A stretch of 35,329 nt of DNA from a virus, in the IMG/VR virus record IMGVR_UViG_3300022917_000007, one strand, 5' to 3'. The notes under the pieces are model-generated. The model was not told where the DNA came from, did not search any database, and saw only the letters and a list, made by a program, of their open reading frames with translations. The position numbers and the translations under genes are program-made. Below, piece by piece: positions 23,090 through 30,137 of this stretch (position 1 is the first letter of the stretch; each line of letters starts with the position of its first letter).

Positions 23090-23554
23090 ATGACGGAGAA
23101 CCTGAGCGGGCCGTACGGCCCCGAGAACCGCCCCCGCGGCTTCACCAAGATGCACGGCGTCGCCCTGTTCATCGTGCTCGCGCTGATCGCGGCCTGCTGC
23201 CTGAGCATGATCGCCACGTTCGGCAGCAGCGACATCACACCGATCAACGACGAGCCCGTGATCGAGCAGACGTTTGCCCCCGGCCCGACGGGATCGCCGA
23301 AGACGAAGCCGGCCGCCGCCGCGACGACGATCCGCGGCGATGACGTCGTGCACGTTGGCGAAGACGTGCCGGCCGGAACGTACCGCGTGGTGACCGCAAT
23401 CGACGATAACGGTTGCTACTGGGCAAAGACCTCCGACGCGGAGGGATCCAAGATCATCGACAACGGCATCCCGTCGGGTGGTCGGCCTCAGGTGACGCTC
23501 AAGACCGGGCAATGGTTCACCTCGAACGGGTGCCCGGACTGGCGCAAGAAGTGA
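23090..23554 (+). CDS. Membrane-anchored two-Cys extracytoplasmic domain protein (paralog of 19171..19593)
   Basis: 154 aa from ATG 23090 (MTENLSG...). TM segment VALFIVLALIAACCLSMIATF, a Pro/Ala linker, then VPAGTYRV...CYWAK...KIIDNG...WFTSNGCPDW. Confidence 0.7.
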   Translation: MTENLSGPYGPENRPRGFTKMHGVALFIVLALIAACCLSMIATFGSSDITPINDEPVIEQTFAPGPTGSPKTKPAAAATTIRGDDVVHVGEDVPAGTYRVVTAIDDNGCYWAKTSDAEGSKIIDNGIPSGGRPQVTLKTGQWFTSNGCPDWRKK

Positions 23555-24276
23555 GCGAGCACCGGAAACTCCGACTCGTGCCGCCGGCGCGCGACTTCCC
23601 TGAGAGCGTCCGGTGCCCGTTCTACCCGTGCACGGCCCGCGTCAGCCTGAAACGAGAGCGCGCGGTCGATCTCGGTACGCCCGCGATGATCGTGATCGTG
23701 ACGCACGACGTGAGTCCCGACGAATGGTTTGGCGAATGCCCGGCGAGCGGGATGGGGTGGCCGACCAACGAGGTCGAAGACTCGACCCTGATCGAACAGG
23801 CTCGGGTCTTCGACGTGGTGAAGCGTTCCCGCAACGAGCGCCAGAAGACGCAGACGTTGCAGGAGAACCCGCGGCCGGCCGGACGTCACCCCCTGACGCC
23901 GATGCCGAGCAGCGACCGTCCGAAGTACTTCGCCAACAGCCAGCCCGGCGATCCGAAACAGATCGGTCCGCTCGGGTACGAACAGATCAAGCCGGCCACG
24001 CCGGCACAACCGAAGGGAGACGGAGTGGCATCCGTTGCAGAAGTGCAGGCAGCCATCAACATCGCCAACGAGGCGATCGAAAAGACGTCGCAGGCGCTCA
24101 GCCAGGCTCTCGCGGACGCGGACGACGCGGCCCGACAGATGGCGTGGATCCGGTCCAACGTGGTCGACCCGCTCGGGAGCGGGATGGTGTCGGCCGTGCG
24201 CGAGGAGATTCCGAACCTCGTCGCGTACTGCGCGCAGGCCATCGAAATGAACAACGAGTACCGGAGGTCGATGTGA
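23551..24276 (+). CDS. Hypothetical protein
   Basis: GTG 23551 overlaps the upstream TGA (GTGA). 241 aa with a Cys-containing N-terminal part (RCPFYPC...ECP), a Pro-rich linker and a helical C-terminal ~70 aa. The start is uncertain. Confidence 0.6.
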   Translation: MSEHRKLRLVPPARDFPESVRCPFYPCTARVSLKRERAVDLGTPAMIVIVTHDVSPDEWFGECPASGMGWPTNEVEDSTLIEQARVFDVVKRSRNERQKTQTLQENPRPAGRHPLTPMPSSDRPKYFANSQPGDPKQIGPLGYEQIKPATPAQPKGDGVASVAEVQAAINIANEAIEKTSQALSQALADADDAARQMAWIRSNVVDPLGSGMVSAVREEIPNLVAYCAQAIEMNNEYRRSM

Positions 24277-24557
24277 CCGCCAACCTCGAAGCGCTCGGCG
24301 CGTCGCTCATGGCCGTGATCCGCGAGATCGCGAAGGCGCAGAGCTCGGCCAACACGACCATCGATCGCGGGGGCGAAGCCATCCGCCTGCTCGGCATGGT
24401 CAGCGACGGCAGCAGCAACGAGCTGCTCAGCAACGCGCTGGCCAACCTATCGACCGCCAACGACGACATCGAGACCGCGATCGGCAAGCACATCATGGCG
24501 GTCGAGCTGGTCGCGGACTACGCCCGCGCCCGCGGTCTCACGGTTGAAAAACACTAG
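24273..24557 (+). CDS. Small helical hypothetical protein
   Basis: GTG 24273 overlaps the upstream TGA, with GGAGG 5-6 nt upstream. 94 aa. Confidence 0.65.
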   Translation: MTANLEALGASLMAVIREIAKAQSSANTTIDRGGEAIRLLGMVSDGSSNELLSNALANLSTANDDIETAIGKHIMAVELVADYARARGLTVEKH

Positions 24558-24836
24558 GTGCCCACCTGGGAAGACACTCACGTCGGAGACCTCGTGCTCG
24601 GGTATGACAACCGCGAGTATTGGGTCTCCGACGTGTGGCCAGCCGAAGCGCGCGGCCCGGTCGTGACGATCGTCGACAACCTGACGAACGTGGCGACCGG
24701 GCCGTTTCAGCCGCCGCCGGGCACGCCCATTACCGTGCTGCGCAGCGCAGACATGACGATCGAGAGCGAGGCGTTCACCGTGCTGCACGCGGCCGGCCTC
24801 GATCCGCAGCTGATGAGGGAGACGTACCAACCATGA
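24558..24836 (+). CDS. Hypothetical protein
   Basis: GTG 24558 lies immediately after TAG 24555-24557. 92 aa. Its TGA overlaps the next ATG (ATGA). Confidence 0.65.
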   Translation: MPTWEDTHVGDLVLGYDNREYWVSDVWPAEARGPVVTIVDNLTNVATGPFQPPPGTPITVLRSADMTIESEAFTVLHAAGLDPQLMRETYQP

Positions 24837-26191
24837 CCAATCCGACCCCGCCCCGGATCGTGGGCCGCATCGGCAAGATGCAGGTCAGCAACGGCCGATA
24901 TCACGACGGCGTGCGCTCGTACCAGCGCGTGACCAACCTGCTCAAAGAGATCGAAACCGACACGTGGAATCTCGACGAGTGGGACCGCAATATGCACGTG
25001 ATCGGGTTGGCAATGCGCCCCGATCTCGTGCTCGGCGTAGCTGCTGCTGCGCAGTACGACGAGCACGGAAAGCTGACCGCAGAGGCGAAGAGCACCCTGC
25101 GCGGTCTGCGGTCGCAGGCGGTCGCGGCAGCCAAGAGCAAAGCCGGCGCCAATCAGGGAACCGCGGTACACACGGCGACCGAGCGAATCGATCTCGGCGA
25201 GACCGTCGAGCAAGTGGCGCTCCCGTACCCGTTCGATCTCGACCTGATCGCCTACCGCGATCTCGTCGCGGCGATGGGAATCCGGTACCGGCCCGAGCAC
25301 ATCGAGCGCTCCGTGCGCAACGTGGTGACCGACAACGTGGGCACGTTCGATCGGCTCGGCGAGAGCGAGATGCTCGTGCAGATGGGCGTGCTGGCGCCGG
25401 GTGAGCTGATCGTGGTGGATGTCAAGACCGAGGACGCGCCGCTGTACAACTTGATGCACATCGCGCCGCAGCTGGCCGAGTACGCGAACGCGGCCGACAT
25501 GTTCGTGCCCGAGCCGACCGCGGACGCGCCGAGCGCCGGCCGGTACGAGCCTATGCCGAACGTGAGCCGGGTGGCCGGGCTGGTGATACACGTCCGCAAC
25601 GGGCGGGCTGTGCCGTACCTGATCGACCTGACCTCCGGATGGTCGAGCGCCCTGCGCGCGGCCGAGCAGCGGGACGCGATGAAGGCAAGCAAGATCAAGC
25701 TCGGCGAGCCCGGATGCTGGGCGGTCGCCGTGCCGATCGATCTGCCGGCGCCGGCGCGCGTGGTCGACTCGGCCGCGGTCGCCGCGAGCGCAGCGCAGCA
25801 CGCCATCGAGCGTGGTGGCCAGCGGTGCCTGACGTGTCAGAAGCCGATCACGCCCGGGCGTCCGCACGCGTGCCCGGCGCCCGCGGCGCGGCCGGCTGAG
25901 ACCGCGGTCGTACAGCAGGCGGTCACGGGGGCGGACGGCAACGTGACGTGGCACGTCATCCCGGACGGCCCGCAGCCGCTCGAAGCGATGCTCTGGGCCG
26001 ACATCATGGCCGCGCCCGATCTGCCCACGCTGGCCACGCTGTTCGAGCGCGCGAGCGCTCAGGGGATCGAGTGGGCCGGGCCGATCGCGAACGCGGGCAT
26101 TGAGCGGTCCCGGATCGTGCAGTGCCCGCAGCGCGAGCTCCACAACGTGGGCGCGTGCGCATGCGGATGGCGCGAAGGGCTGGCGCCCTAA
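24833..26191 (+). CDS. PD-(D/E)XK (RecB/Cas4-like) exonuclease with a C-terminal extension
   Basis: 452 aa from ATG 24833. Motif series GTAVHTATE ... FDRLGE ... LIVVDVKT ... QLAEYANA fits a D...(D/E)xK...QxxxY nuclease core. Later Cys clusters CLTCQK...HAC and CPQ...CACG. Confidence 0.7.
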   Translation: MTNPTPPRIVGRIGKMQVSNGRYHDGVRSYQRVTNLLKEIETDTWNLDEWDRNMHVIGLAMRPDLVLGVAAAAQYDEHGKLTAEAKSTLRGLRSQAVAAAKSKAGANQGTAVHTATERIDLGETVEQVALPYPFDLDLIAYRDLVAAMGIRYRPEHIERSVRNVVTDNVGTFDRLGESEMLVQMGVLAPGELIVVDVKTEDAPLYNLMHIAPQLAEYANAADMFVPEPTADAPSAGRYEPMPNVSRVAGLVIHVRNGRAVPYLIDLTSGWSSALRAAEQRDAMKASKIKLGEPGCWAVAVPIDLPAPARVVDSAAVAASAAQHAIERGGQRCLTCQKPITPGRPHACPAPAARPAETAVVQQAVTGADGNVTWHVIPDGPQPLEAMLWADIMAAPDLPTLATLFERASAQGIEWAGPIANAGIERSRIVQCPQRELHNVGACACGWREGLAP

Positions 26192-26210
26192 TAGGCGACG
26201 TGATAGGTTT
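26188..26210 (+). promoter_or_regulatory. Copy D of the conserved 23-bp element
   Basis: CTAATAGGCGACGTGATAGGTTT. The first half contains the exonuclease TAA stop. TGATAGGTT resembles an extended -10 ahead of the tRNA-like element and the 26386 gene. Confidence 0.5.
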
Positions 26211-26263
26211 GCTTTACCCCCGCAGGGCTGGCCGGACCAAGTTTGGATGGCTCTGCGGGACAA

Positions 26264-26335
26264 GGGGCGATGGTGTCGATTGGTAGGCACACGCGACGGC
26301 CGCGCGAGGTTGGGGTTCGATTCCCTAGCGCCCCA
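26264..26335 (+). tRNA. tRNA-like element (non-canonical; possible pseudo-tRNA or processing signal; GGC at the anticodon position)
   Basis: Canonical T arm TGGGG-TTCGATT-CCCTA. Acceptor GGGGCGA/GCGCCCC (6 of 7 pairs) plus discriminator A. D arm GTGT-cgattggtag-GCAC with GG. But the anticodon stem has only 4 clean bp (CGCG/CGCG), the loop ACGGCCG lacks U33 and a purine at 37, the variable region is short, and no CCA is encoded. Confidence 0.4.
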
Positions 26336-26385
26336 CGAGAGCGATCACCCGATCGTGACTCACGGTCCCGAACTAAGGACACCGA

Positions 26386-27072
26386 ATGACGAACCCGTTC
26401 CTCCCGCCGCAGCAGGGCCAGCAGGCGCCCGCGGCGCCGGTCAACCCGTACGCGCAGCCCGCGCCGGCGCAGCAGCAGCCGAACCCGTACGCGCAGCCGC
26501 AGGCCGCGCCGCAGCAGTACGCCACGCCGGCGCAGAATGGCGGATCGCCGTGGCCTCCCGGCGCGACCGGCGGCGCCCCCGGCCTGACGGCCACGCCGGG
26601 GCAGTTCATGCGGCCCGGGCCGCCGCCGCCGCCCGGGCAGGGTAGTGGCCCGCGGGTCGGTGACCTCAAGTCCCGGCTCCTGTTGATCCTGCCCGAGCGC
26701 TGCGACCGCGGAGTCGCGTCGAAGTACAAGAACGACGACGGCTCGGTCAGGGTGCAGGACAAGATGATCGCAACGTGTGTCGTGCTCGATGGTGGACCGC
26801 TTCGGTGGGGCGCCACGCAGCAGAACCCGCAGGGCTCGACCGGCAACGTGCCGTACGTGATCAAGGGTCTCTGGATCCTTTCGTCCGGGCTGATCGCGCA
26901 GCTCGAAGACGCGCTCGCGCTGCGGCTCTCGGGCGGTCCCGGGATCGCGCTCGGCCGCCTCTGGCAAGCCGGGCCGGCCGGCAACGACCCGTACGTCCTG
27001 GCCGACCCGAGCCCGCAGGACGCGCAGCTCTACGACCAGTACGTCTCGCAGGTCAACCCGTTCGCGCTCTGA
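26386..27072 (+). CDS. Pro/Gln-rich N-terminal low-complexity protein with a globular C-terminal domain (unknown function; SSB-like role is only a guess)
   Basis: 228-aa ORF with ATG 26386 after AAGGA. The N-terminal 90 aa are PQ/PA-rich (NPYAQP repeats). The C-terminal domain starts VGDLKSRLLLILPE. It ends in QVNPFAL. Confidence 0.75.
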   Translation: MTNPFLPPQQGQQAPAAPVNPYAQPAPAQQQPNPYAQPQAAPQQYATPAQNGGSPWPPGATGGAPGLTATPGQFMRPGPPPPPGQGSGPRVGDLKSRLLLILPERCDRGVASKYKNDDGSVRVQDKMIATCVVLDGGPLRWGATQQNPQGSTGNVPYVIKGLWILSSGLIAQLEDALALRLSGGPGIALGRLWQAGPAGNDPYVLADPSPQDAQLYDQYVSQVNPFAL

Positions 27073-27090
27073 TCGATGCGCGAAAAGCTG

Positions 27091-27128
27091 ACGTGGCGCC
27101 AAGCAATGGACGCGGCTTGGCGCCACGT
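27091..27128 (+). terminator. 14-bp perfect-stem hairpin (attenuator/terminator candidate)
   Basis: acgtggcgccaagc (27091-27104), a 10-nt loop, then gcttggcgccacgt (27115-27128). Starts 19 nt after the 26386-gene stop. No U-tract. Confidence 0.45.
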
Positions 27129-27208
27129 TGACGAGACCGGTTTCCGGTATCGGGTCTGGCGCGATTCCCTCGGGGGATGGAACGCAACGCGAGCGGGAAG
27201 GGGGAGTC

Positions 27209-27304
27209 GTGCGCGAAAGACTGGCTGACGCTCAGCTGATGATCGGGCTCGTGACGATCGTGGTCGCGGCGGTCGCGTTCGTGCTGGCGCCGGTATGGAT
27301 CTAA
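27209..27304 (+). CDS. Possible 31-aa transmembrane micro-protein
   Basis: GTG 27209 lies 3 nt after GGAAGGGGGAG. Peptide VRERLADAQLMIGLVTIVVAAVAFVLAPVWI. Overlaps the rusA-like ATG by 10 nt. Confidence 0.4.
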   Translation: MRERLADAQLMIGLVTIVVAAVAFVLAPVWI

Positions 27305-28140
27305 TCCTGCGCGTCTACGGGCGGCCGGCGCCCGAGGGGTCGCACGAAACCGGCCAGAACGGTTACGTGATGCACAGCAGCGCGTACCTGCAACCGTGGC
27401 GCTCAGCTGTGAAGGGGGCCGCCTTCCGGCTGTACCGCGACCTGGGGATCGCGCCGGCCGCGTTGCCGCTCATCCCGTACCCGTTCCCGTGTTGGGTGAC
27501 GATCACGCACTACCTGCTCGACGATCAGTGTCGCGCCGCCGGCACGGACGAGCCGACCGGAAAGCCGGACGGTGACAAGCTGCTGCGGGGCACGATCGAT
27601 GGACTCGGCGAGGGGCGCGTGTTCGGCGACGACTCGCAGATCCTCGGGCACCGAACGTTCAAGGCGCGCGGCGAGGCGGCCGGTGCGCTGATCCAAGTAA
27701 CAGCAGTTCGCCCATGGTGGGCGGGCGACGAAAACAGGGAGATCCAAGTGGCTGAGCAGTTCATCCCGAACGGGCAGTTTCAGCTCGTTCTCTCCGCGGT
27801 TGGCACCAACGGCGACGGCGACCGCACGTGGGAGACCGTGATCGACGTGACCGACACGCCGGAATCGATCGTGCAGACGTGGATGCCGGGCATCGCGGAA
27901 CGGCTGTGGAACGCCCCCGCGTCGCTGGCGCCGGCGCTCTCGCCGAGCACCGAGACCAAACCGCAGCGCGGCCGACCGCGTAAGGCCACTGCTGCGCCCG
28001 CTGAGCCGGCCGCTCCGGCGCCGGAAGCGCCCGCGGCGCCCGAGGTGCCCGCGGCGCCCCCCGCGCCCGCCACGGTGGCGACGGCGCCCGCGCCGATCGA
28101 GGTGGCGCAGCGCGTCAACCCGTTCGCGCGACCGGCCTGA
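27295..28140 (+). CDS. rusA: RusA-like Holliday junction resolvase fused to a C-terminal extension (AT-hook, Ala/Pro-rich tail)
   Basis: 281 aa. N-terminal VYGRPAPEGSHE ... PDGDKLLRGTIDGLGEGRVFGDDSQI matches the RusA catalytic pattern. The C-terminal half carries RGRPRKA (AT-hook), AP repeats and a terminal RVNPFARPA. Confidence 0.7.
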   Translation: MDLILRVYGRPAPEGSHETGQNGYVMHSSAYLQPWRSAVKGAAFRLYRDLGIAPAALPLIPYPFPCWVTITHYLLDDQCRAAGTDEPTGKPDGDKLLRGTIDGLGEGRVFGDDSQILGHRTFKARGEAAGALIQVTAVRPWWAGDENREIQVAEQFIPNGQFQLVLSAVGTNGDGDRTWETVIDVTDTPESIVQTWMPGIAERLWNAPASLAPALSPSTETKPQRGRPRKATAAPAEPAAPAPEAPAAPEVPAAPPAPATVATAPAPIEVAQRVNPFARPA

Positions 28141-28152
28141 CGCAGCAACGCG

Positions 28153-28186
28153 AAGCGCCCCCGGCCGTCATGGCTCGGGGGCGCTT
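28153..28186. terminator. Hairpin terminator at the convergence of plus- and minus-strand transcription
   Basis: aagcgcccccg (28153-28163), a 12-nt loop, then cgggggcgctt (28176-28186), followed by TCGTGTG on the plus strand. Lies 13 nt after the rusA-like stop and 11 nt after the stop of the last minus-strand ORF. Confidence 0.7.
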
Positions 28187-28196
28187 TCGTGTGCGG

Positions 28197-28331
28197 TCAG
28201 AGCGACTCTTCGCGGTCGTCCTGCTCGTCGGGTTCGTCGACCGGCCGCCGGGCGGGCTCGGCCGGCTCGGTGGTCGGGTTGGGGGCGGTCTGCTGAGCGA
28301 ACGAACGCTCGGGCTCTTCCATGCTCATCAT
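28197..28331 (-). CDS. Possible 44-aa highly acidic protein
   Basis: ATG 28331. Peptide MMSMEEPERSFAQQTAPNPTTEPAEPARRPVDEPDEQDDREESL. 39 of 44 codons end in G/C. It is the last ORF before the convergent terminator and is too short for the ORF track. Confidence 0.45.
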   Translation of the reverse strand: MMSMEEPERSFAQQTAPNPTTEPAEPARRPVDEPDEQDDREESL

Positions 28332-28358
28332 CCCGGCAGACTACCCAACCCGACCGAG

Positions 28359-29069
28359 CTACACGCCGTACTCGACGTTCAGGTTGGCGACGACGAACGA
28401 GTTCGCGGTTGCGCTGACGCAGGACACCTTGACGTCGGTCAGCGCCGACAGCCGCAGACCGCCCGGGATGGTTTCGAGCACGGGGGTCGTGGGGACCGCC
28501 GGCACGACGAGCTGACGCAGCGTGCGCCAGCCCTGGTTGGTTCCGGTCGGCCGCGCCTGCAACAGCAACGGCGCCTCGCCTGCGGCGGTCGCGCTCAGGC
28601 CGTAGACCTGACCGCCCCAGCTGATGACCTTGCCTTCCGAGCCGGCCGGCACGGTGAAGACGCCGAGCATCGACTGCGCCCGGCCGGCCTTCATGACGGC
28701 GAAGACGTTGGCGGTCGTGACGTTGTGCTTGATCGTGATCGCGCCGGCGTTCGTGCCGCCCGAGCCCGCGGTCAGACCGAACGCGCGCCACACGCGCAGC
28801 CACGTCGTGGTGGTCACGACCGGGGTCGTGCCGTTCATGGTGATGGTCTCTTCCTGGTACGCGCCGGCCGCGTTCAGTCCGATGACCTTGATGGTGCGCG
28901 TGCCCGTGCCGGCCGCCGCGTCGGCCGCGGAGGCCGAGACGACGTTCAACGCCTCGCCCACCTGAGTGGGGATGACCGGGAAACCGGTGTACGTGGCGCC
29001 GAGCTCGGTCACGTCCTCGGTGCCGGCGTCGACGTCCTCGTTGATGCCCTGCAAGCTGAGCTGTGTCAT
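28359..29069 (-). CDS. Beta-rich hypothetical protein (possible virion or receptor-binding accessory)
   Basis: 236-aa ORF with ATG 29069-29067 after AGGAGAGG. Thr/Gly/Val-rich with GTGTRTIKVIGLNAAGAYQEETITMNGTTPV...AGSGGTNAGAITI. I recognise no family with certainty. Confidence 0.75.
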   Translation of the reverse strand: MTQLSLQGINEDVDAGTEDVTELGATYTGFPVIPTQVGEALNVVSASAADAAAGTGTRTIKVIGLNAAGAYQEETITMNGTTPVVTTTTWLRVWRAFGLTAGSGGTNAGAITIKHNVTTANVFAVMKAGRAQSMLGVFTVPAGSEGKVISWGGQVYGLSATAAGEAPLLLQARPTGTNQGWRTLRQLVVPAVPTTPVLETIPGGLRLSALTDVKVSCVSATANSFVVANLNVEYGV

Positions 29070-29120
29070 GGGTGGACCTCTCCTATGTGACGCGCGTCTG
29101 AGAAACCATAACCGACCTGG

Positions 29121-29597
29121 TCAGGTGTACCAGACCGACCCGACGCGATCGTTCCATGCCGAGCCGAAGAACTGCGACATCGACGTGATGTAGTTGACGC
29201 TGTTCTGCGCGATCTGCACCGACACCGAGCCGTAGCCGGCCGTGGTCGAACAGTAGTTGTCGTCCGAGTAGTGCAGATAGTGAGCCGGAGCACCAGTCAC
29301 GGCCGCGCGGTTGATCATCGACGAACTGATCTCATTCGCCACCGCGCCGCCGGGCCATCCAGTTTGACCGCTCCACGGGAACGACCAACAGGTGTTGCCG
29401 TAGAGGTTCTGGACGTGAAACCCGTACCGGCCGCCGCCGAACTGGTCGTCGCCGTAGAAGCAAACCCAACCGTCCTGGCAGCCCTGAATGGTGGACATCT
29501 GCCGGTACTGCATCGGTGCCGCCTGCGCGGGCGCGGCGGCACCGATCGTGATGGCCGCGACGAGCGCGAGCAGGAACGCGATGATCTTCGGACGCAT
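29121..29597 (-). CDS. Secreted protein, beta-gamma-crystallin / peptidase-inhibitor-I36-like
   Basis: 158 aa from ATG 29597-29595 after GGGGAGA. Signal peptide MRPKIIAFLLALVAAITIGAAAPAQA-AP. CQDGWVCFYGDDQFGGGRYGF and the terminal FGSAWNDRVGSVWYT resemble the I36/crystallin-type Cys and aromatic pattern common in Streptomyces-like secreted proteins. Confidence 0.6.
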   Translation of the reverse strand: MRPKIIAFLLALVAAITIGAAAPAQAAPMQYRQMSTIQGCQDGWVCFYGDDQFGGGRYGFHVQNLYGNTCWSFPWSGQTGWPGGAVANEISSSMINRAAVTGAPAHYLHYSDDNYCSTTAGYGSVSVQIAQNSVNYITSMSQFFGSAWNDRVGSVWYT

Positions 29598-29619
29598 TGT
29601 CTCCCCTAGTTGATCTTGA

Positions 29620-29916
29620 TCAGATACGCGGTGGCCACGACCACTCGCCCGGGCCTTCCCCGTACACGACGTTGTACTCCGTCCAGCCCTGCTGCTCGCT
29701 GGGCGTGAACACGTGCAGGTGCACATGCATCGGCGAGTCGAGCGCCGGCACCGCGCCGGACTCGATACCGCGCGGGTCGAGTGAATCCTGCGTGGCGATC
29801 ACGACCGCGGCCCGCTTCGCGTTGTGCCCGGACCGGCCGCGGTAGATGACCATGCGACACAGCGACGGCACCGCGACGCCGGCCGGACCGAGTCGCGCCT
29901 CGCTCGGGCCGGTCAT
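29620..29916 (-). CDS. Hypothetical protein
   Basis: 98 aa from ATG 29916-29914, which shares its A with the upstream TGA (TGATG). The longer track ORF is an Arg-rich out-of-context extension. Confidence 0.7.
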   Translation of the reverse strand: MTGPSEARLGPAGVAVPSLCRMVIYRGRSGHNAKRAAVVIATQDSLDPRGIESGAVPALDSPMHVHLHVFTPSEQQGWTEYNVVYGEGPGEWSWPPRI

Positions 29917-30122
29917 CACTTGAGCCGGTTCGGCGTGCGCCACACGGCATAGATGGTCGCGGCCAGCGTGACCGCGGCGGTCGTCAGCGAGCCGTACTCG
30001 GCGAAGTCGATCTTGTCGTCGCTGAGCGCCAGTGTGACCGCGGCGAGCGCGGTCGTGACCGCGGTCAGCGTGGCGCCGATCGCGGCGGCCACGGCTTTCG
30101 CCGCGGTGAACTGCTCTTCCAT
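29916..30122 (-). CDS. Holin-like small membrane protein
   Basis: 68 aa with ATG 30122-30120 after GGGAGAGG. Two hydrophobic segments (AVAAAIGATLTAVTTALAAVTLAL, LTTAAVTLAATIYAVW) and a basic C terminus. Lies in the lysis region. Confidence 0.55.
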   Translation of the reverse strand: MEEQFTAAKAVAAAIGATLTAVTTALAAVTLALSDDKIDFAEYGSLTTAAVTLAATIYAVWRTPNRLK

Positions 30123-30137
30123 GGCCTCTCCCTTTCC

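Noticed and set aside
26264-26335. Calling this a functional canonical tRNA (for example tRNA-Ala with anticodon GGC)
   Set aside because: The anticodon loop lacks U33 and a purine at 37. The anticodon stem has only 4 clean pairs, position 26 and the variable region are compressed, there is an A7:G66 mismatch, no G3:U70 and no CCA. I report it only as tRNA-like.
26188-26385. attP / integration module around the tRNA-like sequence
   Set aside because: No tyrosine or serine recombinase-like ORF is recognisable anywhere in the window. The HTH protein at 15153..15536 is far away and unpaired.
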